Of a DNA stretch of 35,267 nucleotides, positions 25,912-33,536 are shown piece after piece. Under the pieces are notes generated by a model, which saw only the letters and a program-made list of their open reading frames with translations, was not told where the DNA came from and searched no databases. The stretch is from a virus (Duplodnaviria > Caudoviricetes). How positions within the stretch are numbered: position 1 is the stretch's first letter; the number at the start of each line of letters is the position of its first letter. Location of the stretch: the IMG/VR virus record IMGVR_UViG_3300033475_000102, positions 1 to 35,267 of that record, one strand, 5' to 3'. A program made the translations under genes and the position numbers.

Positions 25912-26309
25912 GCGAAAAGCAGACCTTCGTGCTGCATCATGCCCCGGCACGACACGGGGCTCTGGAGGCCATTAAACGGGCTCCAGATGGCTACGTCTGC
26001 GAGGTGCGCCCACCAAAGCGCAACGGCGATCAAAACCGGAAATTCCACGCCATCTGCCGGGATCTCGCACTGTCACCCGTTGAATGGGCCGGCAAACGAC
26101 GTTCGGAAGACGAATGGAAATTTCTACTCGTCTCTGGCCATGCTGTAGCCACCAAGCGACCCGGCGAATTCATGCTGGGGCTTGAGCAGGAGCGGATGAT
26201 GCTCCGTCCATCCACCGCCGCTATGTCAGTGGGCGAGATGACCAGCCTCATCGAGTACGCCATTAGCTGGGCCGTCTCCCACGGCGTCGAGCTAAAGGAC
26301 GCCGCCTGA
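25908..26309 (+). CDS. ninB: NinB/Orf family recombination mediator
   Basis: KRNGDQNRKFHA...W.G....EWK...STAAMSVGEMTSLIEY. Confidence 0.88.
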   Translation: MSEKQTFVLHHAPARHGALEAIKRAPDGYVCEVRPPKRNGDQNRKFHAICRDLALSPVEWAGKRRSEDEWKFLLVSGHAVATKRPGEFMLGLEQERMMLRPSTAAMSVGEMTSLIEYAISWAVSHGVELKDAA

Positions 26310-26644
26310 TGCGCCGGACACTCTCCCGCTCAATGCGCCTCAAGCTATTCGAGGATGCAGCAGGCCGTTGCTATCTGTGTGGCTTCAAGATCCAGGCTGG
26401 CCAGCTTTGGGAGGTTGAACACCGCATCCCGCTCGCCCTGGGTGGCGCCGACGACGAAGCCAACATGGCCCCCGCGCACAAGTCCTGCCACGCGCCAAAG
26501 ACGGCAGAGGATTTCGGCAGGATCGCGAAAGCCAAGAGACAGAAGGCTAAGCACTTCGGGATGAGCCGATCGGCGAACCCAATGCCGGGCAGCCGCGCCT
26601 CGAAGTGGAAGCGCCTTATGGACGGCACTGTGGTGCTCCGATGA
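26309..26644 (+). CDS. HNH endonuclease
   Basis: CYLC...EHRIPLALGG.D...N...H..CH..KT. Confidence 0.9.
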   Translation: MRRTLSRSMRLKLFEDAAGRCYLCGFKIQAGQLWEVEHRIPLALGGADDEANMAPAHKSCHAPKTAEDFGRIAKAKRQKAKHFGMSRSANPMPGSRASKWKRLMDGTVVLR

Positions 26645-26898
26645 CCAACACAGAACAGATCGCCGCCATGGCAGAGCGGATAGAGAAGCTGGAGGGGGCA
26701 TTAGAAGCGCTTGTAGAAGCGCGAGCACTCCGCACAGTGCTCCCTTGCGTGGCCCGCTGGAACGGACCTAACGGCGAATATAAACGACATCCGCCACGGC
26801 TCGACGCGTCTATCAAGACCAGTTGCGGCGCCATATACGACCTCGCCGACGCGCTCACTACCGGAAAGGCACTTCTCTCCTCTGGAGACCCCCAATGA
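26641..26898 (+). CDS. Hypothetical protein
   Basis: ATGA-coupled start MTNTEQ. Confidence 0.55.
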   Translation: MTNTEQIAAMAERIEKLEGALEALVEARALRTVLPCVARWNGPNGEYKRHPPRLDASIKTSCGAIYDLADALTTGKALLSSGDPQ

Positions 26899-26947
26899 GT
26901 GAGTACAAGGCCCTGTGGGATAGGCGGGGGAGGTGAGGAAGATGATC

Positions 26948-26995
26948 AGGGTTCGCTCGCGCTACGCGCTCACCAAACAGAAAAAAGCATGAGGT
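26948..26995 (+). repeat. Dispersed hairpin repeat, copy 2 (left arm of inverted repeat)
   Basis: AGGGTTCGCTCGCGCTACGCGCTCACCAAACAGAAAAAAGCATGAGGT. Confidence 0.9.
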
Positions 26996-27549
26996 TTGCA
27001 ATGTATGTATCGAGCTATACGGACCATACCGACAAATTGGTCGCATGCTTGCGCAATCCTGACGATGACGCCCCCATACGAGAAGTCGAAAAGGCTGCCG
27101 GCGAAATCATGAAGAAGGCTGCAGACGATGCTTGCGATAAGGTCGTCTCATACCTTCAGGATGAATTGAGCCTTCGCCTCGAAGATCAGTTGCGCCATGT
27201 CATCAGCCAGACCGCCGAGGAGTACATCAAAAGCGCGCTGGCTGGAGACGCTAAGACATTCGGGAACCTGTTTCAGTTTCAATACCAGTTCAAAGATGCT
27301 TGGTTTCGCGAAGGCGGCCGAGAGTTGCCGCTCGGCGTCGAGCTACGCCGCAAGCTATTCTTGATGCACCGCGAACTGTTCGAGAGCCAGATAGTCACTG
27401 ACCTCGAAGCAGAATTGGCGGCCATCAAACGCCTGCGCAATCTCGGGTCATGGCGGACTATGGTTGAAGGCGACATTTTCGATGCAGCCGGTGATGGGTG
27501 CGTAGTGAGCGACAGCGAACGAGCGAACCCTCCTCCCGCCAAGCGATGA
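26989..27549 (+). CDS. Hypothetical helical protein carried between inverted repeats
   Basis: Start MRFAMYV at the ATGA inside repeat copy 2 (or Met at 27001). Confidence 0.6.
   Translation: MRFAMYVSSYTDHTDKLVACLRNPDDDAPIREVEKAAGEIMKKAADDACDKVVSYLQDELSLRLEDQLRHVISQTAEEYIKSALAGDAKTFGNLFQFQYQFKDAWFREGGRELPLGVELRRKLFLMHRELFESQIVTDLEAELAAIKRLRNLGSWRTMVEGDIFDAAGDGCVVSDSERANPPPAKR
27505..27531 (-). repeat. Inverted copy of the hairpin repeat (right arm)
   Basis: Reverse complement AGGGTTCGCTCG-ttcgctgt-CGCTCAC versus AGGGTTCGCTCG-cgctacg-CGCTCAC at 26948-26973. Confidence 0.85.
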
Positions 27550-27994
27550 ACAGCTTGAAGATTACTGCCGGCGAGCAAACGACGGCGGATACATCACGCA
27601 TCGCGAGAGCTTGGTAATCGCCCGCGAGCTCCAACACCGCCGCGCCTCCGCTCTCCCCGCTGTGGGGGATATGGACGCAGAACATCTCAGGGCGTGGGCT
27701 GGTGACATCAAAGCATGGGGCGTCAGAGGCTTGGCCGAAACTGAATATCAAATCGGCCATTCATCTGCGGTCGAATTAAGCAAGTTACTTCTTAAAGTTG
27801 CCGCCGCCCTCGCCGAGCCTAGCGGAGATGTGGAGAGAATGCGGGAAGCGACGATCGAGGAGTGTGCAAAGGTAGCCGATGTAATGGCCGAAAATAGACA
27901 GCGTGTTAGTCATGTTGCGCGACACGCCTGCGTCACAACTGCCGCTCGTATACGCGCCCTCTCCGCCGCGCCGAGCGGGGATAGAAAGGAATAA
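27509..27994 (+). CDS. Mosaic early-region protein, probably 5'-disrupted
   Basis: Frame open from 27509 (...LLPPSDEQLEDYCRR...ARELQHRR) but the first ATG/GTG/TTG start is at 27611; contains a REATIEECA...AARIRAL module. Confidence 0.5.
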   Translation, partial: ATANERTLLPPSDEQLEDYCRRANDGGYITHRESLVIARELQHRRASALPAVGDMDAEHLRAWAGDIKAWGVRGLAETEYQIGHSSAVELSKLLLKVAAALAEPSGDVERMREATIEECAKVADVMAENRQRVSHVARHACVTTAARIRALSAAPSGDRKE

Positions 27995-27999
27995 TCCAA

Positions 28000-28212
28000 A
28001 TGGCCGTTCCAATTAACCCATTCTACGGGACAGCATTTCTCAAAGCCGCCACCAAGGAAATGCTGAAGGACATCGATCCCGATTTGAAAAAGGATTTACG
28101 CCACTACGGCCAAGCCTTCATCCGGATAACGCCAGATGGTCGGGCTGTGCGCATCGATCCGTCTGATATCGCCGCGCCGAGCGGGGATGGGAGAGAGGGA
28201 GGGGTGAAGTGA
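28000..28212 (+). CDS. Small protein, paralogue of 31436-31636
   Basis: Shared ML.D.D.D..KDLRHYGQAFI...PDG.A.RIDP. Confidence 0.7.
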   Translation: MAVPINPFYGTAFLKAATKEMLKDIDPDLKKDLRHYGQAFIRITPDGRAVRIDPSDIAAPSGDGREGGVK

Positions 28213-28400
28213 AACCGATTAAGCCGATGCGTCGGAATTGGGTGACATCTCCCGGTCCAGACTGGATTGATGACAGCATGCGCTGGCGCGGCAGGGTGCT
28301 TGAGGGCAAACACGCCCATTGGTGTCCTGACTACGACTATCTGCCAATTGACGAGACATGCCCGGAATGGCCCTGCCCTTGCGACGAGAGCAAGTCATGA
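28209..28400 (+). CDS. Small Trp/Cys-rich protein
   Basis: HWCPDYDYLPIDETCPEWPCPC; coupled. Confidence 0.6.
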   Translation: MKPIKPMRRNWVTSPGPDWIDDSMRWRGRVLEGKHAHWCPDYDYLPIDETCPEWPCPCDESKS

Positions 28401-28648
28401 CACCCCCATCCGAGGCCCCTGCAGGGCAGGCTATCGAGGCGGCGCGGTTGCTGATTGAGGCACTGGAATGCGAAGACCAGCCTCTATCGGAAGTGCAACA
28501 AGCCGTCCGTTTGGTCTGTAACGCGTTCCTCTCGCTCCACGCGCAGAACGAGCGGATGAGGGAAGCCTTAGAATGGGAACGCAAGCGATTGCGCACTCTG
28601 GGGCGTAGCACAAACGCCATCGATCAAGCACTTGAGGATCAGCCATGA
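28397..28648 (+). CDS. Hypothetical protein
   Basis: ATGA-coupled MTPPSE; ENERMREALE motif. Confidence 0.55.
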   Translation: MTPPSEAPAGQAIEAARLLIEALECEDQPLSEVQQAVRLVCNAFLSLHAQNERMREALEWERKRLRTLGRSTNAIDQALEDQP

Positions 28649-28764
28649 CCACCTCGGGCGATGACGGACAGCTTCCGCGAACATGGACATGGCACACAAC
28701 CGTAGTAGCCCTCGGGTTTGTTGCTTGGTGGGTATTTGTGTTTTGGGCGGCAGGAGGCCGGTAA
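28645..28764 (+). CDS. 39-aa single-TM microprotein
   Basis: Not in the track. MTTSGDDGQLPRTWTWHTTVVALGFVAWWVFVFWAAGGR; coupled at both ends. Confidence 0.5.
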   Translation: MTTSGDDGQLPRTWTWHTTVVALGFVAWWVFVFWAAGGR

Positions 28765-29201
28765 TGACCGCAGGCGATGATATGGAGCGTGACTTTGAGA
28801 CAAATCCTTACACAAAGGATGAACGCCGCGTTGCCGAGTACATAGCCGGGCTTGGCGTAGGCGGCGGCGATGACCCCATCGGCTTTATCTTGTCCTCACA
28901 CGCAGCGCTCGCAGCCGCAGGGCCGGGGCGGGAGAAGACGATTGAGGAGTGTGCCCGCAGAATTGATAATTCGGTTTTCGCAGCAAGCTCGCGCAGTCGG
29001 GCAATAGCTTTCAAGGATGCGGCTAAAATCATTCGCGCCCTCGCCTCCCAGCCGGCCAAGCCCGTGCCGGTGGAGGCGGTAGAGGCTGCGAAACTAATAC
29101 TCGCGTATCTTGTCGATGGCAGTCTAGCCGCAGGTGGCCGCCATCAAGACAACTGCATCAAAGTCGCCCGCGCGCTGCTCGCCATGGCCGAGAAGGAGTG
29201 A
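28764..29201 (+). CDS. Mosaic early-region protein
   Basis: AGGAGG RBS and TAATG coupling; contains a REKTIEECA...AAKIIRAL module. Confidence 0.6.
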   Translation: MTAGDDMERDFETNPYTKDERRVAEYIAGLGVGGGDDPIGFILSSHAALAAAGPGREKTIEECARRIDNSVFAASSRSRAIAFKDAAKIIRALASQPAKPVPVEAVEAAKLILAYLVDGSLAAGGRHQDNCIKVARALLAMAEKE

Positions 29202-29212
29202 GGGGGATGATT

Positions 29213-29263
29213 AGGGTTCGCTCGCGCTACGCGCTCACCAAAAGAGAAACAAAAACAGCATGA
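29213..29263 (+). repeat. Dispersed hairpin repeat, copy 3
   Basis: AGGGTTCGCTCGCGCTACGCGCTCACCAAA identical to copy 2, then an A-rich tract and GCATGA. Confidence 0.9.
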
Positions 29264-29529
29264 TCTACCATCGCTTCCTCTATCGCCCGCTGATGCGCTT
29301 GCTGCATCGATTCAACCTGCATTATGCGCCGCCCAATTGCGCGCTTACGAATGATGCCGGTTGGCCGCTTCATTGGTGCCAATGGTGCGGCATGAGAGAT
29401 TTCGTCATGCCTCCGATTAAGCCCGGAGAAGCGGAGCTGCCGATAAAGAAATCGATGGGTACGGAGGCGTTATACGCCGAAGTCACTTCTAATCCTTCCG
29501 CCGCCCCCACATACAGAGGGATGAGATGA
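29260..29529 (+). CDS. Hypothetical protein with HWCQWCG motif
   Basis: Starts at the ATGA of repeat copy 3; coupled to xis. Confidence 0.6.
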   Translation: MIYHRFLYRPLMRLLHRFNLHYAPPNCALTNDAGWPLHWCQWCGMRDFVMPPIKPGEAELPIKKSMGTEALYAEVTSNPSAAPTYRGMR

Positions 29530-29891
29530 GCGAGCGCGTCCGCATCGATTTCGTCTGCGAGGTCACCGGCATGCAGCGGCGGCACGCCCAGCAGATGGCC
29601 CAGCGCGGCGCTATCCCGAGTGCGGCGCGGTATGGTCGCCTCTGGACGTTCCATGGGCCGACGATCAAACAATGGGCGAAGAAACAGGAGGAGAGGTCTT
29701 GGCAGACAAAAACCTCTATCGACGTGGCAAGACCTGGTGGGCTCGCTTCCAAGTTGACGGGCAAGACATACGCCGAAGCCTACGAACGCCTCTTATCGGT
29801 AAGGCCCGGAAAAGGGCGCAAGACATCCGGGAAGAACTTGAGCACGCCCGCTTCTACGGACACGCCAGAACCACATGGCAGGACGCCGTAG
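29526..29891 (+). CDS. xis: Excisionase-like HTH protein
   Basis: VCEVTGM...RGAIPSA.RYGRLWTF MerR/HTH_17-type motif; overlaps the integrase 5' end. Confidence 0.75.
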   Translation: MSERVRIDFVCEVTGMQRRHAQQMAQRGAIPSAARYGRLWTFHGPTIKQWAKKQEERSWQTKTSIDVARPGGLASKLTGKTYAEAYERLLSVRPGKGRKTSGKNLSTPASTDTPEPHGRTP

Positions 29892-30743
29892 GTCGCTACT
29901 GTATTGAGGTCATGCCGGGGGCGATCAAGCCCAACACAGCCAAGCGGTACCTTGTGACCTTCCGCCAGATCCGTGACCACATGGACGGCAAGTACATCGA
30001 CGAAATCACCAAGCGGGACATTGCCGCCCTGATCGGCGCCCGAAAGAAAGTCGCCAGCAACCGGACTATCAGGAACGACCTGACAGCTATCTCCAGGGTC
30101 TTTGCCAGCGCGATCGGCTGGGGCATTTGCGAGCATAATCCGGCCCTGGAATACGACCGTAGCCTAGTGCGCACCAGAAACGAGCCTATCGACCTACCCA
30201 CGCCGGAGGAGGTCCAGAAGGCCGTAGACGCCAAGTCTTCGTTCTCGAAGGTCATCGCTCTCGCCAGCCAGACGGGCATGCGCCAGCAGGAAATTCTGAC
30301 CCTCCAGTGGCGCCAGATCGAGCTGAACCGGGACAGATGCAGCCAGAACCATTCCCCTAGACGGTCCCCTCCTCTCGGATGCGGCAGGCACGCTGAATGG
30401 CACACCCCGGCACCCCATTAGCGCCCTTGTTTTCTGGCACGGGGACGGCCAGCCCTTCCGCAACTTCTCCGCCAACTTCCGGGCCTGGCGTCGCCGCCAG
30501 ACGCCTCCTATCCGCTTCCGATTCCATGATTTGCGGCACTTCTTCGCCGTGAACTACCTGCGGAACGGTGGCTATATCTACGACCTCCAGCAGATCCTCG
30601 GGCACGCCTCGATCAAGACGACCGAGATTTACCTGAAGTACCTGACCCCGGAGCAGAAACAGCAATCCATGCGCCCGCAGTCACAAACCCCGGCACATGT
30701 ATATGCGGGACAAAAGACAGACGACCATGCTAAAATGCAGTAA
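29699..30743 (+). pseudogene. int: Tyrosine integrase broken by an internal deletion/frameshift at about 30331-30333
   Basis: TTG start after AGGAGG. TGMR lies in one frame; ARTIPL, FHDLRH, LGH and TTEIY lie in the +1 frame. The intervening segment with the catalytic Lys (TK) is missing. Confidence 0.85.
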
Positions 30744-30933
30744 TGGCGGAGAGGAAGGGATTCGAACCCTCGATACGAGTTATCCCCGTATAACGGTTTA
30801 GCAAACCCGCGTTTCCTTAATGTCCGCCTGAAGTAAAATGGCCAAAACATTGATAGGACTAGAACAGATGGACGCGAGCGGTACGAGCGCTGAGAGCGAA
30901 GAGAATGGCGGCGGCGCGACAAAGGCCGGCACA
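30683..30933 (+). promoter_or_regulatory. Candidate integrase arm-type sites ACAAAnnCCGGCACA at 30683-30697 and 30919-30933
   Basis: 13/15 identical direct repeats, one on each side of the att core. Confidence 0.55.
30744..30807 (-). other. att core: 3' fragment of tRNA-Ser(GCT) (anticodon loop to CCA), attP-like
   Basis: GGTTTGCTAAACCGTTATACGGGGATAACTCGTATCGAGGGTTCGAATCCCTTCCTCTCCGCCA has a GCT anticodon, long variable arm, T-arm and CCA, but no D-arm or acceptor 5' half. It abuts the int stop. Confidence 0.88.
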
Positions 30934-31167
30934 CTGACAAGAAGTGAGTGGAGGCCGATAGAGACAGCGCCGAAAGATGGCAGCCTGGTCCTTCTCACGT
31001 GGATTGAGGACGGCGAGCCACAGGAGGTGTGGCCGATGCAGTGGTGCCATATCCAGCGCAACGGCTTATTCCCTGGCCGCATCGGCTTCTGGGCCACCCC
31101 AGACGGGGCGCTGACATGGAACGACGATCCACCGCATGGCGGGCCAACTCATTGGAGGCGCCCATGA
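30838..31167 (+). CDS. DUF551-like phage protein
   Basis: EWRPIETAPKDGSLVLL...PTHWR; start uncertain. Confidence 0.7.
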   Translation: MAKTLIGLEQMDASGTSAESEENGGGATKAGTLTRSEWRPIETAPKDGSLVLLTWIEDGEPQEVWPMQWCHIQRNGLFPGRIGFWATPDGALTWNDDPPHGGPTHWRRP

Positions 31168-31439
31168 CCCAAGACCCCACTGATTGGCCAACAGCTTCCT
31201 TCGAGTATGAAGGTGCCGATTTGAAGCGGCTCCGAAATGCACGTCGCCGCGTAAATCGGGTGCGAGATTTCCCTACGCACACATGCCCGGCCTCTCGGCA
31301 CCTCCACATGATCGCCGACGCCCTGGCCTCCCGACAGCCCTATTGGATGCTTCTGGAGGAACCGCAGCATGTCGCTGAGACAATGTACGCCGTGCTGGAG
31401 GACCTTTGGAAACTCAGGAAACAGCAGAGGCCAGCATGA
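31164..31439 (+). CDS. Hypothetical protein
   Basis: GGAGG RBS; ATGA-coupled start MTQDP. Confidence 0.6.
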   Translation: MTQDPTDWPTASFEYEGADLKRLRNARRRVNRVRDFPTHTCPASRHLHMIADALASRQPYWMLLEEPQHVAETMYAVLEDLWKLRKQQRPA

Positions 31440-31636
31440 CCCAAGACCTACGAGAGACAGGAATGGACGCGCTCGATGCGGCAGTTGAGGCCATGCTACG
31501 CGATGTCGATTCCGACGTACGCAAGGACTTGCGTCACTATGGGCAAGCCTTCATCAAGGTATCACCAGATGGCAAAGCTGAGCGAATTGATCCAACCGCC
31601 CTCGCCGAGCCTAGCGGTAAAGATCGGCAAGATTAG
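31436..31636 (+). CDS. Small protein, paralogue of 28000-28212
   Basis: KDLRHYGQAFI...PDG...RIDP shared. Confidence 0.7.
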   Translation: MTQDLRETGMDALDAAVEAMLRDVDSDVRKDLRHYGQAFIKVSPDGKAERIDPTALAEPSGKDRQD

Positions 31637-31698
31637 AAGTGGATCGGCATAAGAATGCCTGCGCACCTATCACCGACTGCAACCAAGGATTTCCTGTA

Positions 31699-31980
31699 AT
31701 GACCGACCCGGAACCCACTTACACATACAATGAATGGCTAGAGATTGTTGAAGATCGAGAGGAAAAACAGACGCGTGAAGAAATCAGCCGAAAAGAAGAA
31801 GAGGAGCGCCAAAGAAAAGCGCGTGAAGTCTCATTGCGAGAAGAGTATCTCTCTATGCCCCCAATAAAAAGGATTGAGTGTTGGTACACATACACAAATA
31901 TGTGGCCTATATCTGAGTCCTTCGCTGTACTGGGTAGGGCCCTTAGTGACTGGGCGAAAGAACAACAAAATAGCCCCTGA
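31699..31980 (+). CDS. Hypothetical charged protein, lower GC
   Basis: AAGGA RBS before MTDPEP; E/K/R-rich helix. Confidence 0.5.
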   Translation: MTDPEPTYTYNEWLEIVEDREEKQTREEISRKEEEERQRKAREVSLREEYLSMPPIKRIECWYTYTNMWPISESFAVLGRALSDWAKEQQNSP

Positions 31981-32069
31981 CCCGCGGCGGCGGGGGAACA
32001 CATAAGTCCCGGCCCGCAGCTACTTCTGCCCCAGCAGCGCAGCCTTAGAGAGATCAAGGCTCATCAGCC

Positions 32070-32264
32070 TCAGCCTCGGAAACCCTCTTGTACGAGCTGC
32101 TCGCGGCATATTTGCTCCAATTCAAGAGGCGCGTAATCCCAACCGGGTGGTAATGGGCGGCCATCCATAAACCACACAAGGTGTCCCTTAGAGACATTCG
32201 CGTGATCGACAGTTGCCTGAATGAGACGGATTGATATCCGGGGCGGATCGGGGTTTTCAGCCAT
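32070..32264 (-). CDS. Hypothetical protein
   Basis: 64 aa, AGGGA RBS; same strand as the genes right of the IS. Confidence 0.5.
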   Translation of the reverse strand: MAENPDPPRISIRLIQATVDHANVSKGHLVWFMDGRPLPPGWDYAPLELEQICREQLVQEGFRG

Positions 32265-32463
32265 TATTTCCCTTCGAAACGCGATGCGGCGTTATCAGGT
32301 ATAATATACGATGGCGATTGTATACTTGACATAGCAGACACAGGAGATTGATATGTGCGGGCGTGACAGGCCGGCTTTCTCCAAACTCACTGAGCTTGCG
32401 GGAGATTTTCTCTATGCGTGGGAGGGTACAGGCGAAGCGCCCGACAAGGCGGCGGCTCGGTTG

Positions 32464-32973
32464 CTAGACCTTCTTCTCAGGGCCGAATTCGTCAACGAGG
32501 CGATGGCAGAGGTCCATCGCGACGGGATTTAGCATGTGTATCTCGTGCTGCTGATCGACAAGCTCGGATGCCAGGATGGTTAGCGTTCGCCTGATAGGCT
32601 GGCCATTCTTACCTTTGAACACGCGACTGAACTCTAGCGTGCCGGAGGCGTAGTCGATCGTTCTTAAGTGCCCATGAACTACGTTGTGGCGCATTTCGGC
32701 CAGTGGCTTCAATTTCTCCAAGAAGCGCCAGCCTCGCTGTTTATAGCGTTTGAGAGGTGGCAACTGGCCGAAACAATCGTTCAGGAAGTTCACTTCCTCC
32801 TTAGCGTTGAAGGGATATTGTCGCCTGATAGAACGAGCACCATCTACGTACATAAAAATGGTCGCGACCATTCCATCAATCCAATGCTCAAGCAGAGCGA
32901 ATTGAATCACCAACGCGCCGACCGCCATCGGTATAAGGCGGCTGGCCTCCTCCCTCATCGGATCTGTCGCCAT
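32464..32973 (-). CDS. HEPN-like putative RNase (IS passenger)
   Basis: N-terminal helix VG..VIQFALLE and Rx4H motif RHNVVHG; GGGAG RBS before MATDPM. Confidence 0.55.
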   Translation of the reverse strand: MATDPMREEASRLIPMAVGALVIQFALLEHWIDGMVATIFMYVDGARSIRRQYPFNAKEEVNFLNDCFGQLPPLKRYKQRGWRFLEKLKPLAEMRHNVVHGHLRTIDYASGTLEFSRVFKGKNGQPIRRTLTILASELVDQQHEIHMLNPVAMDLCHRLVDEFGPEKKV

Positions 32974-33097
32974 GCCCAAGTCTCCCCCTAAACTTGACCC
33001 AGCCACAGAGGCGGTCGTGCGCCGAATGCTCGCAACTCCGCCGCAACCAAAGAAGGCCACGGCGAAGAAGCGAGTTAAGAAGAAGGCGAAAGCCTAG
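32972..33097 (+). CDS. 41-aa basic peptide (IS1595 passenger type)
   Basis: Not in the track. MPKSPPKLDPATEAVVRRMLATPPQPKKATAKKRVKKKAKA; I recognise the RRML.TPP.P motif from IS1595 cargo regions. Confidence 0.55.
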   Translation: MPKSPPKLDPATEAVVRRMLATPPQPKKATAKKRVKKKAKA

Positions 33098-33363
33098 CGG
33101 CTCAGTAGTGAGCCGAGGAGTCCGCCCGCACTGCGATTGCCGCTGCAATGACGTGGGCGGAGATTGCTCACATCATCGCTGCCGCCCAGTGCCTTGGGCA
33201 CAATATGATCCAGCTCCCAGCCAAAGGGCGAGTTTGAGTCGCCGTAGGCTGAGCGATAGACCCACAGTCCATTGCAATCTTTGCTTGCTGGCACGTTGCC
33301 GAAGCAACGCAACCAAACAAGCTCATGTTTTTGAAGAAGGCCGAAGCCTGATAGTGCGTTCAC
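33094..33363 (-). CDS. Small HNH endonuclease (IS passenger)
   Basis: YG...S.FGWELDHIVPKALGGSDDVSNLRPRH...N. Confidence 0.8.
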   Translation of the reverse strand: MNALSGFGLLQKHELVWLRCFGNVPASKDCNGLWVYRSAYGDSNSPFGWELDHIVPKALGGSDDVSNLRPRHCSGNRSAGGLLGSLLSR

Positions 33364-33444
33364 TTACATAGTCCTTCTGTTAGGAAGGACCGCTGCGCGC
33401 ACAAGCACCTTGACAGGAAACCCGAGCGGACTCAGATTCACCCT

Positions 33445-33536
33445 GCTGTACAAGCTTGTTGCCGCACCAGTCCAACCAGTTGCGGTAACGAACAACGATC
33501 TGGCCGCTTCCCTCTGCCAGGAGGGGGCGGCCTTTT
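33445..33536 (+). ncRNA. Candidate ~90-nt antisense sRNA
   Basis: TTGACA(33410)-N17-CAGATT promoter, hairpin 33456-33491, GC-rich terminator 33502-33532 plus TTTT. G-U pairs favour the plus strand. Confidence 0.55.

Noticed and set aside
26561-26582. GGCGAACCCA as inverted partner of repeat copy 1
   Set aside because: Only a short match, and it lies in the coding NPMPG motif of the HNH protein.
24494-29263. CRISPR array or DGR explanation for the repeats
   Set aside because: Copies are more than 2 kb apart with genes between; no cas or reverse transcriptase genes and no adenine-specific TR/VR pair seen.
30324-30340. Programmed frameshift producing active integrase
   Set aside because: No slippery heptamer, and conserved residues are physically missing.
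30744-30840. Complete tRNA-Ser gene
   Set aside because: The 5' acceptor strand and D-arm are absent and the anticodon stem is mismatched beyond 3 bp.
32281-32310. GATGCGGC...TATCAGGTATAAT resembling a second IS end
   Set aside because: Weak similarity, with no partner IR or target duplication.
32353-32532. 59-aa plus-strand ORF with AGGAG RBS inside the IS end
   Set aside because: Overlaps the HEPN-like gene tail-to-tail and has no motif; plausible but unsupported.
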